Of a DNA stretch of 64,000 nucleotides, positions 1-10,348 are shown one piece after another. Position 1 is the first letter of the stretch; each line of letters opens with the position of its first letter. The notes beneath the pieces are model-generated. The model did no database searches. It was not told the DNA's origin and saw only the letters and a list, made by a program, of their open reading frames with translations. Position numbers and translations under genes: made by a program. Source of the stretch: Candidatus Aceula lacicola (GTDB lineage Bacteria > Omnitrophota > Gorgyraeia > Zapsychrales > Aceulaceae); assembly GCA_030765785.1 (NCBI GenBank), contig JAVCCC010000044.1, forward strand, positions 1,417 to 65,416. The letters are read 5' to 3'.

Positions 1-3000
1 CCTTAGACATCTGACCACCTGTATTAGAATAAACTTCAGTATCCACAACCAATACGTTTACATCAAATCCAGATGCCAACACATGATCAAGTCCACCATA
101 TCCAATATCATAGGCCCATCCATCTCCACCCATAATCCAAACACTCTTTTTGACAAGCGTATCAGCAAGACTCAAAAGCTGTTTTGCTTCTGAAGAATTA
201 TCATTCTTAATTTTTTCTTTTAAAATTTCAACTCTTTCTCTTTGAGCAAAGATATCAGCTTCATCAACTTGATTCGCCTCAAGAATTGCCTTAACTAAAT
301 CGCCTCCGACTTTAGACTCAAGCTTTTTAACAAGTTCACAAGCAAATTGTTTTTGCTTATCAATTGCAAGTCTAAAACCTAATCCAAACTCAGCATTATC
401 TTCAAACAAAGAATTTGACCAAGCTGGTCCTCTGCCATCTTTATTTTTAGCCCATGGCGTTGTTGGAAGATTTCCTCCATAAATCGAAGAACATCCTGTT
501 GCATTTGCAACAACCATACGATCACCAAAAAGCTGACTAATAAGACGAATATAGGCTGTCTCACCGCATCCAGCACAAGCACCAGAGAACTCAAACAATG
601 GTTGCAAGAACTGTGATCCACGAATAGTAGTCTTAACCTTGCTTCGATCGATATAAGGAATCTTATTAAAGAAATTCCAATTCTTAACTTCCTGATCATG
701 CAATGGTGGCTGCGAATGCATATTTATTGCCTTAAGCTCTGGATTCTCTTTAGACTTTGCAGGACATGCCGTAACACAAAGCCCACAACCCGTACAATCT
801 TCAGGAGCTACTTGAAGTGTAAAATCCATACCAGCCAAATCTTTATCTTTTGCAGGCACATGTTTAAAGGTTTCAGGTGCGCCCTCTAAATCTTTTGGCT
901 CATAAACTTTTGCCCGAATAACAGCATGAGGACAAACTGCACTACATTTTCCGCATTGAATACAAACATCTTTCTCCCATACAGGAATCGAAAGTGCAAT
1001 ATTTCTCTTTTCCCATTGTGTTGTTGCTGTAGGAAATGTTCCGTCGCAAGAAAACGCACTTACAGGAAGATCATCGCCACAAGCTGCCATGATTTCTGAA
1101 GTGACCTTTTGCACAAACTCAGGCGCTTGTGCAGAAACAACAGGCGGCATATCAATTGTGCTTGTAACCTCTTTAGGATAATCAATCTCGTTCATATTCT
1201 CAATAGCCTTATCAACAGCGTTATTGTTCATCTCGACGACTTGATCACCTTTTTTACTATAAGCTTTTTTAATAGCTTTCTTAATCTCTGCGATTGCTTG
1301 TTCCGGAGGAAGAACCCCTGAAATAGCAAAAAAACATGTTTGCATAATTGTGTTAATACGTGCACCCATGCCAGTTGCTTCAGCTACTTTATAAGCATCA
1401 ATGACATAAAACTTCAACTTCTTATCAATAATCTGTTTCTGAACTTGTTTTGGTAAATTATTCCAAACCTCATCTTTGCTGTAATAGCTGTTTAAAAGAA
1501 ATACTCCGCCTTCCTCAACATGGCGTAGAATATCATACTTCTTAACAAAAATAAATTGATGGCAAGCTAAAAAACTTGCACGTGTAATCAAGTATGGAGA
1601 ATGAATAGGATCTGGGCCAAAACGTAAATGAGACACCGTAACGGCCCCAGCCTTTTTAGAATCATAAACAAAATAACCCTGAGCATAATTATCTGTATTC
1701 TCACCAATAATTTTGATCGAATTCTTATTAGCCCCAACAGTACCATCAGATCCTAGACCATAAAATACAGCTCGAACACCTTTTGGGTTTTCTGTTGAAA
1801 AAGTTGAATCGTATTCAATCGATGTGTTAGTTACGTCATCATTAATACCGACAGTAAAATGATTTTTTGGTTTATCTTTAGACATTTCATCTAAAAGACC
1901 TTTGATCATCGCTGGAGTAAATTCCTTAGAAGACAAACCGTAACGTCCTCCAATAACTTTTGGCAATTGATTAAACTTAGATGAACCTTCTTCGAAAAGA
2001 GCATGAACAACATCTAAATAAAGTGGCTCTCCACCTGCACCAGGTTCTTTTGTTCTATCTAAAACAGCAATTGTTTTTACTGTTTCAGGTAAAGAATCAA
2101 TAAAATATTTAAGAGAAAATGGTCGATAAAGTCTTACTTTTAAGACACCAACTTTCTCACCTTGCTTAACCAAATGATCTATTGTTTCATGAGCAGTCTC
2201 GACACCAGAACCCATTAAAATAATAACTTTCTCAGCATCTTTTGCTCCAAAATATTGGAACAATTCATATTTTCTACCTGTCAACTTCTCAAACTTTTTC
2301 ATAACTCCATCAACAATATCAGGACATTTGTCATAATAAGCATTAACTGTCTCACGAGCCTGAAAAAATACATCTGGATTTTGTGCAGTTCCTCGAATAA
2401 CAGGTTTTTCTGGAGAAAGTGCGCGAGCACGATGAGCAAAAACAAGATCATCATCAATCATTTGTTTAATTACTTCATCATCAATCTGCTCAATTTTTGT
2501 TATCTCGTGAGAACTTCTGAAGCCATCGAAAAAGTGCAGAAATGGAATTCTTGACTCAAGAGTTGCTGCATGCGCAATCAAAGCCAAATCCATAACTTCT
2601 TGATTTGAACCAGAAGCCAACAGAGCAAATCCTGTGCCACGCGTAGCCATAACATCAGAATGATCACCAAAAATAGAAAGAGCATGTGTAGCAACAGATC
2701 TAGCAGCAACATGGAAAACTGTTGAAGTCAGCTCGCCTGCAATCTTAAACATGTTTGGAATCATTAACAATAATCCCTGCGACGCTGTAAAGGTTGTAGT
2801 CAAAGCGCCTCTCTGAAGAGAACCATGAACAGCACCAGCGGCTCCACCCTCACTTTGCATCTCCTGAACAAGAGGAATGGTGTCCCAAATGTTGGATTGC
2901 TTAGCTGCTGCCCATGCGTCTGCCCATTCGCCCATTGGCGACGAGGGAGTGATTGGATAAATCGCAACAACCTCGCTTGTCTTAAACGCCACATGTGCGG

Positions 3001-3040
3001 CCGCCTCATTTCCGTCGATCATAATTTGCTTCTTTGCCAT
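1..3040 (-). CDS. nifJ: Pyruvate:ferredoxin oxidoreductase, single-polypeptide type. The N-terminal ~1013 codons are present and the C-terminal part runs off the window start. It is absent from the ORF track because no stop codon lies inside the window.
   Basis: My own translation of the reverse complement from the ATG at 3038-3040 gives MAKKQIMIDGNEAAAHVAFKTSEVVAIYPITPSSPMGEWADAWAAAKQSNIWDT... Near position 100 the TPP-binding motif GDGWAYDIGYGGLDHVLASG appears. A GGAAAGAGG Shine-Dalgarno lies 7 nt upstream. Confidence 0.9.
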   Translation of the reverse strand, partial: MAKKQIMIDGNEAAAHVAFKTSEVVAIYPITPSSPMGEWADAWAAAKQSNIWDTIPLVQEMQSEGGAAGAVHGSLQRGALTTTFTASQGLLLMIPNMFKIAGELTSTVFHVAARSVATHALSIFGDHSDVMATRGTGFALLASGSNQEVMDLALIAHAATLESRIPFLHFFDGFRSSHEITKIEQIDDEVIKQMIDDDLVFAHRARALSPEKPVIRGTAQNPDVFFQARETVNAYYDKCPDIVDGVMKKFEKLTGRKYELFQYFGAKDAEKVIILMGSGVETAHETIDHLVKQGEKVGVLKVRLYRPFSLKYFIDSLPETVKTIAVLDRTKEPGAGGEPLYLDVVHALFEEGSSKFNQLPKVIGGRYGLSSKEFTPAMIKGLLDEMSKDKPKNHFTVGINDDVTNTSIEYDSTFSTENPKGVRAVFYGLGSDGTVGANKNSIKIIGENTDNYAQGYFVYDSKKAGAVTVSHLRFGPDPIHSPYLITRASFLACHQFIFVKKYDILRHVEEGGVFLLNSYYSKDEVWNNLPKQVQKQIIDKKLKFYVIDAYKVAEATGMGARINTIMQTCFFAISGVLPPEQAIAEIKKAIKKAYSKKGDQVVEMNNNAVDKAIENMNEIDYPKEVTSTIDMPPVVSAQAPEFVQKVTSEIMAACGDDLPVSAFSCDGTFPTATTQWEKRNIALSIPVWEKDVCIQCGKCSAVCPHAVIRAKVYEPKDLEGAPETFKHVPAKDKDLAGMDFTLQVAPEDCTGCGLCVTACPAKSKENPELKAINMHSQPPLHDQEVKNWNFFNKIPYIDRSKVKTTIRGSQFLQPLFEFSGACAGCGETAYIRLISQLFGDRMVVANATGCSSIYGGNLPTTPWAKNKDGRGPAWSNSLFEDNAEFGLGFRLAIDKQKQFACELVKKLESKVGGDLVKAILEANQVDEADIFAQRERVEILKEKIKNDNSSEAKQLLSLADTLVKKSVWIMGGDGWAYDIGYGGLDHVLASGFDVNVLVVDTEVYSNTGGQMSK

Positions 3041-3043
3041 CTT

Positions 3044-3133
3044 GATACCTCTTTCCTTAAATGAGCACATAGCTTGCGCAACTAAAAGGAGCGCCAAGTT
3101 ATGCGTGCGAATTTATCCCGCACCCAAAGGGTG
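3044..3133 (-). promoter_or_regulatory. Copy 1 of the conserved structured 5'-UTR RNA motif (upstream of the pyruvate:ferredoxin oxidoreductase gene)
   Basis: RNA sense reads CGGGAUAAAUUCGCAC - hairpin (GCAUAACUUGG ... CAAGCUAUG) - GUGCUCAUUUAAGGAAAGAGG - AUG. Confidence 0.6.
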
Positions 3134-3149
3134 TCGAGATTTCCACCTT

Positions 3150-4769
3150 TTATACTTTTGGTCCACCCTTTGCGGCAATTTCCTTGCCTTTATCATTTGT
3201 TTCAAATGTTTTAAAATTCTCAACAAACATCTCTGACAGCTCTTTTAATGTTTGATCATAGGCATCCTTGTCAGCCCATGCATTACGTGGATTTAAAACA
3301 TTTTCATCAACATTTTCTAACTTCTTTGGAATTTGTAAATCAAAAATCGGAAAAGCTTCAAACTCTGCATTCTCAATGCTACCGTCTAAAATCGCATCAA
3401 TAATGGCACGTGTTTGTTCAATATCCATTCTTTTCCCAACGCCATATTTTCCGCCAACCCATCCAGTGTTAACCAAATAAGCCTGAGAACCGTGCTTCTC
3501 CATTTTTTGTCCTAAAACTTCCCCGTATTTTGTTGGATGAAGCAATAAAAATGCTTGTCCAAAACAAGATGAAAATGTCGCCTGAGGCTCCTTGACGCCA
3601 AGCTCAGTTCCAGCGACTTTAGCTGTATATCCGCTTAGAAATTGATACATCGTCTGTTCTTTAGTCAATTTTGAAACTGGAGGCAATACTCCATAAGCAT
3701 CGCATGTTAAGAAAATAATTTTCTTTGGATGATCACCAACTGATTCTGGCTTAACAATCTTTTCAATATGTTCAATCGGGTACGAAACACGTGTATTTTG
3801 CGTTTTTGCTGAAGATGAAAAATCCACATTACCCTTTTCATCAACAACAACATTTTCTAAAAGTGCATTTCTTTTAATCGCATTGTAAATTTCAGGCTCT
3901 TTCTTTTGGGAAAGATTAATGCATTTTGCATAACATCCACCCTCAAAATTATAAATACCATGCTTGTCGCACCATCCATGTTCATCATCACCAATCAAAT
4001 CTCTTTTAACATCGGCCGACAATGTTGTTTTTCCAGTTCCAGAAAGACCAAAGAAAAAGGCTGTATCCCCATCTTTTCCAGCGTTTGCCGAACAATGAAA
4101 TGATCCAATGCCATCAAGCGGCAAATAATAATTCATAACCGAAAAAATACCTTTTTTGATTTCTCCACCATACCAAGTGCCAAGAATAACAGCCATCTTT
4201 TCGCCAAGGTTAAACACAGCACCAACTTCTGAACGCATACCATGGCTTTCAAAATCAGGAAATGTCGCCTTGCAGGCATTGAAAATAACAAAATTAGGTT
4301 TAAAGTCCTTTAATTCTTCTTCGGTAGGACGAATAAACATATTTTTAACAAAATGAGCCATCCACGCGACCTCTGTTACCAGCCGAACTGAAAGCCTTGT
4401 TTCTTTAAAAGCACCACAAAAACCATCCATTACATAAAGCTTTTTTCCGCTTAATTGATTGAGACCGGCTTTCTTAAAATCAGCCCAAGCCTCTTGGCTC
4501 ATGCGTCGATTATCTGAACCATTATCCCCATCTTTCCACCAAATATTTTTTGTAGAAGACGGTTCATCAACAATATATTTATCTTTTGGGGAACGGCCAG
4601 TATATTTTCCAGTATCAACCGTAACAGCTCCAAAATTGGTCAATGTTGCTCTCTCGTAACCTTCTAGTGCTGGATTCATTTCATGCTGAAAAAGCTCTTC
4701 ATAAGACAAATTGTAAAAAACTTCTTGTACGTCTGTTATGCCATATTGGGATAGATCGATTTTTGCCAA
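3150..4769 (-). CDS. pckA: Phosphoenolpyruvate carboxykinase (ATP-dependent)
   Basis: 539-aa ORF with PckA-typical N-terminus ([22 protein letters not shown]) and kinase motifs [11 protein letters not shown] and DDEHGW. Confidence 0.93.
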   Translation of the reverse strand: MAKIDLSQYGITDVQEVFYNLSYEELFQHEMNPALEGYERATLTNFGAVTVDTGKYTGRSPKDKYIVDEPSSTKNIWWKDGDNGSDNRRMSQEAWADFKKAGLNQLSGKKLYVMDGFCGAFKETRLSVRLVTEVAWMAHFVKNMFIRPTEEELKDFKPNFVIFNACKATFPDFESHGMRSEVGAVFNLGEKMAVILGTWYGGEIKKGIFSVMNYYLPLDGIGSFHCSANAGKDGDTAFFFGLSGTGKTTLSADVKRDLIGDDEHGWCDKHGIYNFEGGCYAKCINLSQKKEPEIYNAIKRNALLENVVVDEKGNVDFSSSAKTQNTRVSYPIEHIEKIVKPESVGDHPKKIIFLTCDAYGVLPPVSKLTKEQTMYQFLSGYTAKVAGTELGVKEPQATFSSCFGQAFLLLHPTKYGEVLGQKMEKHGSQAYLVNTGWVGGKYGVGKRMDIEQTRAIIDAILDGSIENAEFEAFPIFDLQIPKKLENVDENVLNPRNAWADKDAYDQTLKELSEMFVENFKTFETNDKGKEIAAKGGPKV

Positions 4770-4885
4770 TTTCCTTCTCCTTTTTAGCAGTTAATAATAT
4801 TAAACTAAATAATAAATGGAATTATACCACGATTGATATAAATTGGAAGAATTAAATCTTGGTTATTTTATGTGTCTGAAAAAAA

Positions 4886-5560
4886 CTATTCTCTATGCCA
4901 TTTTTGTTTTAAATTGTCAAATTCATCAGAAGTATAATGACCTACGTCCAAAAGAGACGCGTCTAAAATGTCTCCTTTGGCGCTAAATGGCTGCAAAATA
5001 TAACGCTTTGCTCCCTGCAAAAAAGAAGCAATGTTAGAAAGATCTTGATCGCTTAAAAATGGCTTTACTACAGTTGTGCGAAACTGGTAATCAATGCCAG
5101 AATTCAAAATAAGATCAATGCTCTCTTTTATCTTGGATTGATCAATCTGAACACCAGTAACATCACTATATTTCTCCAAAGGCGCTTTTACGTCCATAGC
5201 AACATAATCAATCAGCTTTTCTTTAATCAAATCATCAAGAACTTCTGGATTATTACCATTTGTATCCAATTTCACAAAAAAACCAAGATCTTTAACTTTC
5301 TTTAAAAATGCCTTTAAATCACCTTGAATAGTCGGCTCACCGCCAGTGACAACAACACCTTGCAGCTGATCTTGACGTTTTTCTAAAAACTCTAAAATTT
5401 CTTGCTCTAAAATTGGTTCGCTAAATTTCTCTGGAAGAACCAAATCGGGGTTATGACAAAAAGGGCAGCGGAAGTCACACCCTTGGGTAAAAACCACCGC
5501 TGCCATTTTTCCTGGAAAATCAATTAAAGAAAATTTCTGAAAACCACCTATTCGCAACAT
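4886..5560 (-). CDS. nrdG: Anaerobic ribonucleoside-triphosphate reductase activating protein (radical SAM)
   Basis: CDFRCPFCHN radical-SAM cluster motif near the N-terminus. About 220 aa. Overlaps the 3' end of nrdD by 13 nt, suggesting translational coupling. Confidence 0.88.
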   Translation of the reverse strand: MLRIGGFQKFSLIDFPGKMAAVVFTQGCDFRCPFCHNPDLVLPEKFSEPILEQEILEFLEKRQDQLQGVVVTGGEPTIQGDLKAFLKKVKDLGFFVKLDTNGNNPEVLDDLIKEKLIDYVAMDVKAPLEKYSDVTGVQIDQSKIKESIDLILNSGIDYQFRTTVVKPFLSDQDLSNIASFLQGAKRYILQPFSAKGDILDASLLDVGHYTSDEFDNLKQKWHRE

Positions 5561-7677
5561 TTGAGTTTTGAAATTTTATACGTTTTTCTTTGATAAAACT
5601 CTTCTTTTTTGCCCTTATTCCATTGTTGCACAGGACGCAAATATCCAACAACGCGAGAATAAACTTCACAATCGCTCTCACATTTTGGACAGAAAAAAGT
5701 TTCGCCTGCAATATAGCCACAATTTGGGCAAACACTAAATGTTGGTGTAATCGTAAAATATGGCAATTTATATTTATGACAAACTGTGCGAATCAACGCT
5801 TTCAAACTTTCAGTGTCATCAATTTTCTCACCAACAAAACCATGCAAAACCGTACCGCCTGTATATCGACTCTGCAAATCATCTTGAAGATCTAAAACCT
5901 CAAAAATATCATCAGAATACCCAACAGGAAGATGAGTTGAATTCGTATAATAAGGTTCTCGTCCCTCGGCATAAAAATCTTCATTAGCACATTTAATATC
6001 CTTAAATTCATCTTTATCTAGCCGTGCTAAACGATAAGAAACGCCTTCGGCTGGAGTTGCCTCCAAATTATAATTATTACCTGTTTCTTCTTGAATCTCG
6101 ATCATTCTATCGCGCATATGATCCAAAACTTTAGCTGCAAAAGTACGACCTTTTTCTGAAGAGATATCTTCACCAAACATATTCAAACATGCTTCGTTCA
6201 TCCCCACCAGCCCGATGGTTGAAAAATGATTCTTCCAATACGCATCAAAACGTTTTTTCACATTTCTCAAATAGAAGCTAATATATGGGTAAAGATTACC
6301 ATCTGTAAATTTCTCTAAAACTTTTCTCTTAATCTCTAAACTTTCTTTCGCCAAAACGATAAGCTCATCTAATTCTTTAAAAAACTTTTCTTCATTCTTT
6401 GTCTTATAAGCCAATCTTGGTGTATTAATTGTAACAACACCAATAGAACCTGTTAACGGAGATGAACCAAAAAGTCCGCCACCACGCTTGCGCAATTCTC
6501 TATTATCTATACGTAAACGACAGCACATGCTGCGCGCATCGTCTGGACTCATATCAGAATTAACAAAGTTGGCAAAATAAGGAATACCATATTTTGCAGT
6601 CACTTCCCAAAGCATAGAAAGATTTGGATTATCCCAATTAAAATCTTTTGTAATGTTATATGTTGGAATTGGAAATGTAAATACGCGTCCCTTAGCATCA
6701 CCTTCGATTAAAACCTCAAGGAATGCCTTGTTGAACATATCTATTTCTTCCTGGAATTCCCCATATGTTTCTTTTTGTGGAACACCGCCGACGATAACAG
6801 ACTTCTCTTTATAGTGTGAAGGAACGTTAAGGTCACATGTTACGTTTGTAAATGGTGTCTGAAATCCAACACGCGTTGGAACATTGACGTTAAAAACAAA
6901 TTCTTGCAAAACTTGTTTTACATCCTTGTATTTTAGATTATCGTATCGGATAAATGGAGCAAGTAATGTATCAAAGCTTGAAAATGCCTGAGCTCCTGAT
7001 GCTTCTCCTTGAAGAGTATAAAAGAAGTTAACAAGCTGACCTAAAGCACTTCGAAGATGCTTTGCTGGCTTTGATTCCATCTTTCCAACTGCTCCCTGAA
7101 ATCCAACTGTCAAAAGATCCTCAAGATCCCATCCAACACAATAAACACTTAAAAGACCAAGGTCATGAACATGAAGGTCACCCTTGGTATGAGCTGTTTT
7201 AATTTCTTCAGGATAAATTTTATTAAGCCAATACACTTTGCTAATCTCAGAAGAAACATAGTTATTTAATCCTTGAAGCGAAAATGCCATGTTGCTATTT
7301 TCATTAACCTTCCAATCAGCTCGACTCAAATACTGATCCACCAAATTAACATTACTCGCTGAAGTAATTTCACGAATCTTGGTATGCTGATCACGATAAA
7401 TGATGTAAGATTTAGCCGTCTTTTTATAAGGGGAAGAAATAAGGACTTCTTCAACGATATCTTGAATTTGCTCAACATTTGGCTTTTCATCAACAGTTGC
7501 CATTTGAATGGCGATATTAACAACACGCAGTGTTAGCTTTTCAGCAACATCGCGTCCAAACTCACCGGTTGCTTCACCAGCTTTTTGGATCGCTTTTGTA
7601 ATTTTTTCAGCGTCAAACAACTCTTCTACGCCGTTACGCTTCATAATTTTTGCGAGAACATCTGTTGCCTGCATCAA
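5548..7677 (-). CDS. nrdD: Anaerobic ribonucleoside-triphosphate reductase (class III), with an N-terminal ATP-cone
   Basis: 709 aa. The C-terminus carries the glycyl-radical loop (RVVGYLRPV) and the zinc ribbon CPNCG...CPKC. An ATP-cone-like N-terminus is present. Confidence 0.93.
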   Translation of the reverse strand: MMQATDVLAKIMKRNGVEELFDAEKITKAIQKAGEATGEFGRDVAEKLTLRVVNIAIQMATVDEKPNVEQIQDIVEEVLISSPYKKTAKSYIIYRDQHTKIREITSASNVNLVDQYLSRADWKVNENSNMAFSLQGLNNYVSSEISKVYWLNKIYPEEIKTAHTKGDLHVHDLGLLSVYCVGWDLEDLLTVGFQGAVGKMESKPAKHLRSALGQLVNFFYTLQGEASGAQAFSSFDTLLAPFIRYDNLKYKDVKQVLQEFVFNVNVPTRVGFQTPFTNVTCDLNVPSHYKEKSVIVGGVPQKETYGEFQEEIDMFNKAFLEVLIEGDAKGRVFTFPIPTYNITKDFNWDNPNLSMLWEVTAKYGIPYFANFVNSDMSPDDARSMCCRLRIDNRELRKRGGGLFGSSPLTGSIGVVTINTPRLAYKTKNEEKFFKELDELIVLAKESLEIKRKVLEKFTDGNLYPYISFYLRNVKKRFDAYWKNHFSTIGLVGMNEACLNMFGEDISSEKGRTFAAKVLDHMRDRMIEIQEETGNNYNLEATPAEGVSYRLARLDKDEFKDIKCANEDFYAEGREPYYTNSTHLPVGYSDDIFEVLDLQDDLQSRYTGGTVLHGFVGEKIDDTESLKALIRTVCHKYKLPYFTITPTFSVCPNCGYIAGETFFCPKCESDCEVYSRVVGYLRPVQQWNKGKKEEFYQRKTYKISKLKCCE

Positions 7678-7748
7678 AGCACCTACCCTTCCGTATAAAA
7701 AATTAATGAATAATAACGTCTACCTCAACCAATGATTACCTATCATAA

Positions 7749-7797
7749 ACCACAATATATGGTGTGTCAAGCATTTATTTTAGCCATATATTGTACT
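7749..7797. promoter_or_regulatory. Two putative NrdR boxes upstream of nrdD
   Basis: Box 1 is CACAATATATGGTG at 7751-7764 and box 2 is CCATATATTGTA at 7784-7795, centres about 32 bp apart. Consensus NrdR box is acaCwAtATaTwGtgt. Confidence 0.5.
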
Positions 7798-7807
7798 TGC
7801 TGAAAAT

Positions 7808-8602
7808 CTAACTGCTTTGGGATTCTTTGAAATTTCCATGACGATGCGCGGTCTTTTCATCGTCCAAGGGCTTGTATTTTTTAGTTTCGATATCATAAAC
7901 AGAAACAACATTAAGATGAATGAAGTACTTTTTAATATCATCCATTTGAACTCTTGTCAATGGTTTTGTTGCGCAAGGACGAAGCGGCGTATTGATTTGG
8001 ACCTCATCTGGAGCAATCTTTTTTGCTATTTCAGCAATTTGCTCAGCTCTTTCCCTGTTTTCCTCGACGAACATAATTTGCAGGGCCAATTTTCCTTTAA
8101 ATCTTTTTTTAAAAACTAAAAGTCCATCAACAACAGAATCAAAATTAATTGTGTCTACCGGCTTGTTAATATTCAAAAAAGTTTTTTCGTTATTGGCATC
8201 TAATTTTGCTAAAACAAAATCGCAATTCATCAAATCATCTTGCACATCCGCCCGATCGATCAAAGATGAATTTGTAATCACGGCAATCTTTTCTTTTCGT
8301 ACCTTTTTGATCTCGTCAATCATCTCGCCTAAGTTCTTGGCAAGCGTCGGCTCGCCAGATCCAGAAAACGTAATATAATCAATGTTCAAATCCTTGACCA
8401 TCTTAATCTCGTCGACGATCTGATTTGTCAAAATAAATTCTTGTCTTTTAACGCCGAAATCAAGCGTGTCGCCTAACTGACAATACACGCAATTATAATT
8501 ACAAATCTTTTCTGTTCTGGAAATAGGATCTACCCCGAGAGAGAACCCTAAGCGCCAAGAATATACAGGCCCATAAATATATTGGTAGGATTGGTTTTGC
8601 AT
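7808..8602 (-). CDS. Radical SAM domain protein (function unknown)
   Basis: CNYNCVYCQ (CxxxCxxC) motif about 35 aa from the N-terminus. Glycine-rich SAM motif GSGEPTL. Confidence 0.7.
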   Translation of the reverse strand: MQNQSYQYIYGPVYSWRLGFSLGVDPISRTEKICNYNCVYCQLGDTLDFGVKRQEFILTNQIVDEIKMVKDLNIDYITFSGSGEPTLAKNLGEMIDEIKKVRKEKIAVITNSSLIDRADVQDDLMNCDFVLAKLDANNEKTFLNINKPVDTINFDSVVDGLLVFKKRFKGKLALQIMFVEENRERAEQIAEIAKKIAPDEVQINTPLRPCATKPLTRVQMDDIKKYFIHLNVVSVYDIETKKYKPLDDEKTAHRHGNFKESQSS

Positions 8603-8662
8603 TTTAGAATAAGTCTTAGTCTACAATATCAAATTTTTTAGAAAAACAAAGATTAAGAATTT

Positions 8663-9082
8663 TTACGAAAGGGCAATATTTAAAACATCATGCCGACCTA
8701 AAACACCGACTAGCTCGTCCCCATCAAAAATAGGAATTGTATGAACTCTTTTTCTATGCATCGTCGCAATAGCCTTGGCAACTTTATCGGTTTTCTGAAG
8801 AGAAATGATATTGCGACTAGCATGCTCTCCGACGGGTTTCTGAGAAATAACCTGAAGTTCATCGATGCGATGCTTTCCTTCTGAAACAGCTTTGGCCATC
8901 AAGTTAAGAAGGTCTGTGGTTGTAAAAACTCCTACTAATTTTTCTTCACTGTCATTGCTAATGACCAAGATACCGTTAATCTGATAACGAAAAAGAAGAT
9001 GTGCGACATTCCCAATCGAGATATTCTCCTTAATCTTGATGGGATGGTCACACATAATCTCATGAATTTCAATATTATGCAT
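8663..9082 (-). CDS. CBS-domain pair protein
   Basis: 139 aa with two CBS-like repeats (GILVISNDSEEKLVGVFTTTDLL and HTIPIFDGDELVGVLGRHDVL). Confidence 0.7.
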   Translation of the reverse strand: MHNIEIHEIMCDHPIKIKENISIGNVAHLLFRYQINGILVISNDSEEKLVGVFTTTDLLNLMAKAVSEGKHRIDELQVISQKPVGEHASRNIISLQKTDKVAKAIATMHRKRVHTIPIFDGDELVGVLGRHDVLNIALS

Positions 9083-9100
9083 AATTTTCTTTAATTAGAA

Positions 9101-9625
9101 TTATTCTCCAGCAATTTCACCGCTTGGCAAAAATGTTGGCAACGCACGAGCGGAGAGCTCTTTGTCCATCATCAAAATACCATTTCCTTCTTTCCCAATA
9201 TATTTTAGTTTTCCTAAAATATCACTCGGATTCTTTTCTTCTTCAACTTGCTCAGTGACAAACCAATCTAAAAAAATTATAGACGCATTATCGTTGTCTT
9301 TTTGAGCCATGACATAAAGATCATTGATACTTTTTGTAATAAACTTTTCATGCGTCAATGTTTTCTCAAAAATATCTTGAACAGAAGAAAATTTAGAATC
9401 TGGTTTATCAATCGCCTGAAGCTCAACCGCTTCTCCTCGCTCACCAATAAAATTATAAAACTTCATCGCATGAGAAAACTCCTCTGATGCCTGAATCTTC
9501 ATCCAATGAGCAAATCCATCTAAACTTTCACTCTCAAAATATGCAGACATCGCTAAATAAAGATACGCTGAAAATAACTCTCTATTAATCTGATCGTTCA
9601 TCTCTTTAACTAATGTTTTATTCAT
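9101..9625 (-). CDS. ftn: Non-heme ferritin
   Basis: 174 aa with ferritin diiron-site residues (NRELFSAYLYLAMSAYFE, EEFSHAMKFYNF). Confidence 0.88.
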   Translation of the reverse strand: MNKTLVKEMNDQINRELFSAYLYLAMSAYFESESLDGFAHWMKIQASEEFSHAMKFYNFIGERGEAVELQAIDKPDSKFSSVQDIFEKTLTHEKFITKSINDLYVMAQKDNDNASIIFLDWFVTEQVEEEKNPSDILGKLKYIGKEGNGILMMDKELSARALPTFLPSGEIAGE

Positions 9626-9689
9626 TATAAACCTCTCTTCGATTTCTAATAAAATAAGTATACTCTTTTTTAAAAAAATCGCTATTTTT

Positions 9690-10232
9690 TTATCCCAAAA
9701 AGCTTAAATCTGCAGGCTCATAATATTCTTTTGGATGCTTGCAAGATGGACAAGTTTCTGGCGGCTCTTTGCCTTCATGAATAAATCCACATTTGGCACA
9801 TTTCCATTTAATCGACTTTTCTCTCTTGTAAAGGGTGCCATCCTCAACCATCTTTAAAAGCTTTCTATAGCGTGCCTCATGCTCAACTTCAACTTTTGCA
9901 ATCTGCTCAAAAAGACGCGCAGCATCTTCGAAGCCTTCTTCTTTTGCTTCTTTTGAAAAAGTCGGATACATCTCTGTATTCTCGTAATGCTCACCATCAA
10001 TGGCTTCGTTTAAATTCTTAACCGTATCTCCGATCCCATTAAGAAGCTTAAACTCATCTTTGGCATGCTGCATCTCGTTGGCTGCTGATTCTTCAAAAAT
10101 CTTCGCCACATACACATAGCCTTGTTTTTGGGCTATCTTTGCAAAATAAGTATATTTATTTCGCGCTTGCGATTCACCCGAAAAAGCTGCCATCAAATTC
10201 TTTTCCGTTTTTGTTCCTTTGATATCTGCCAT
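9690..10232 (-). CDS. rbr: Rubrerythrin
   Basis: 180 aa. Ferritin-like diiron domain followed by a C-terminal rubredoxin-like CxxC...CxxC (CAKCGFIHEG...CPSC). Confidence 0.93.
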   Translation of the reverse strand: MADIKGTKTEKNLMAAFSGESQARNKYTYFAKIAQKQGYVYVAKIFEESAANEMQHAKDEFKLLNGIGDTVKNLNEAIDGEHYENTEMYPTFSKEAKEEGFEDAARLFEQIAKVEVEHEARYRKLLKMVEDGTLYKREKSIKWKCAKCGFIHEGKEPPETCPSCKHPKEYYEPADLSFLG

Positions 10233-10348
10233 TTTGTTTCCTCCGTATTATAATGTTACTATTGTTAACTTTTTAAACCCAAGCGACTTTTGAATCTCAA
10301 TATCTGGGCCTGCTTGGCATTATTTAAATTTTGTCTTTTGGTTCTTTA

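Noticed and set aside
3044-3133. Reading the conserved element as a sigma-54 promoter (TGGCGC ... TTGCG) or as a DNA operator
   Set aside because: The GG-to-GC spacing is 15 nt, not 12. Conservation together with compensatory changes lies in base-paired RNA arms downstream of mapped sigma-70-like promoters, which fits an RNA element better.
379-4855. The many 60-130-aa ORFs in the track lying antisense or out of frame inside large genes (for example 379..699, 698..889, 2255..2554, 3268..3480, 4459..4659)
   Set aside because: They are embedded in strongly supported longer CDSs (the pyruvate:ferredoxin oxidoreductase gene, pckA). They have low-complexity, AT-codon-biased translations and no ribosome-binding sites, which is typical of spurious ORFs in AT-rich DNA.
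10233-10348. A PerR/Fur box upstream of rubrerythrin (GTTAACAATAGTAAC / ACATTATAATA)
   Set aside because: It is only a weak, imperfect palindrome that overlaps a TATAAT -10. I cannot tell it apart from AT-rich promoter sequence without a position-weight matrix.
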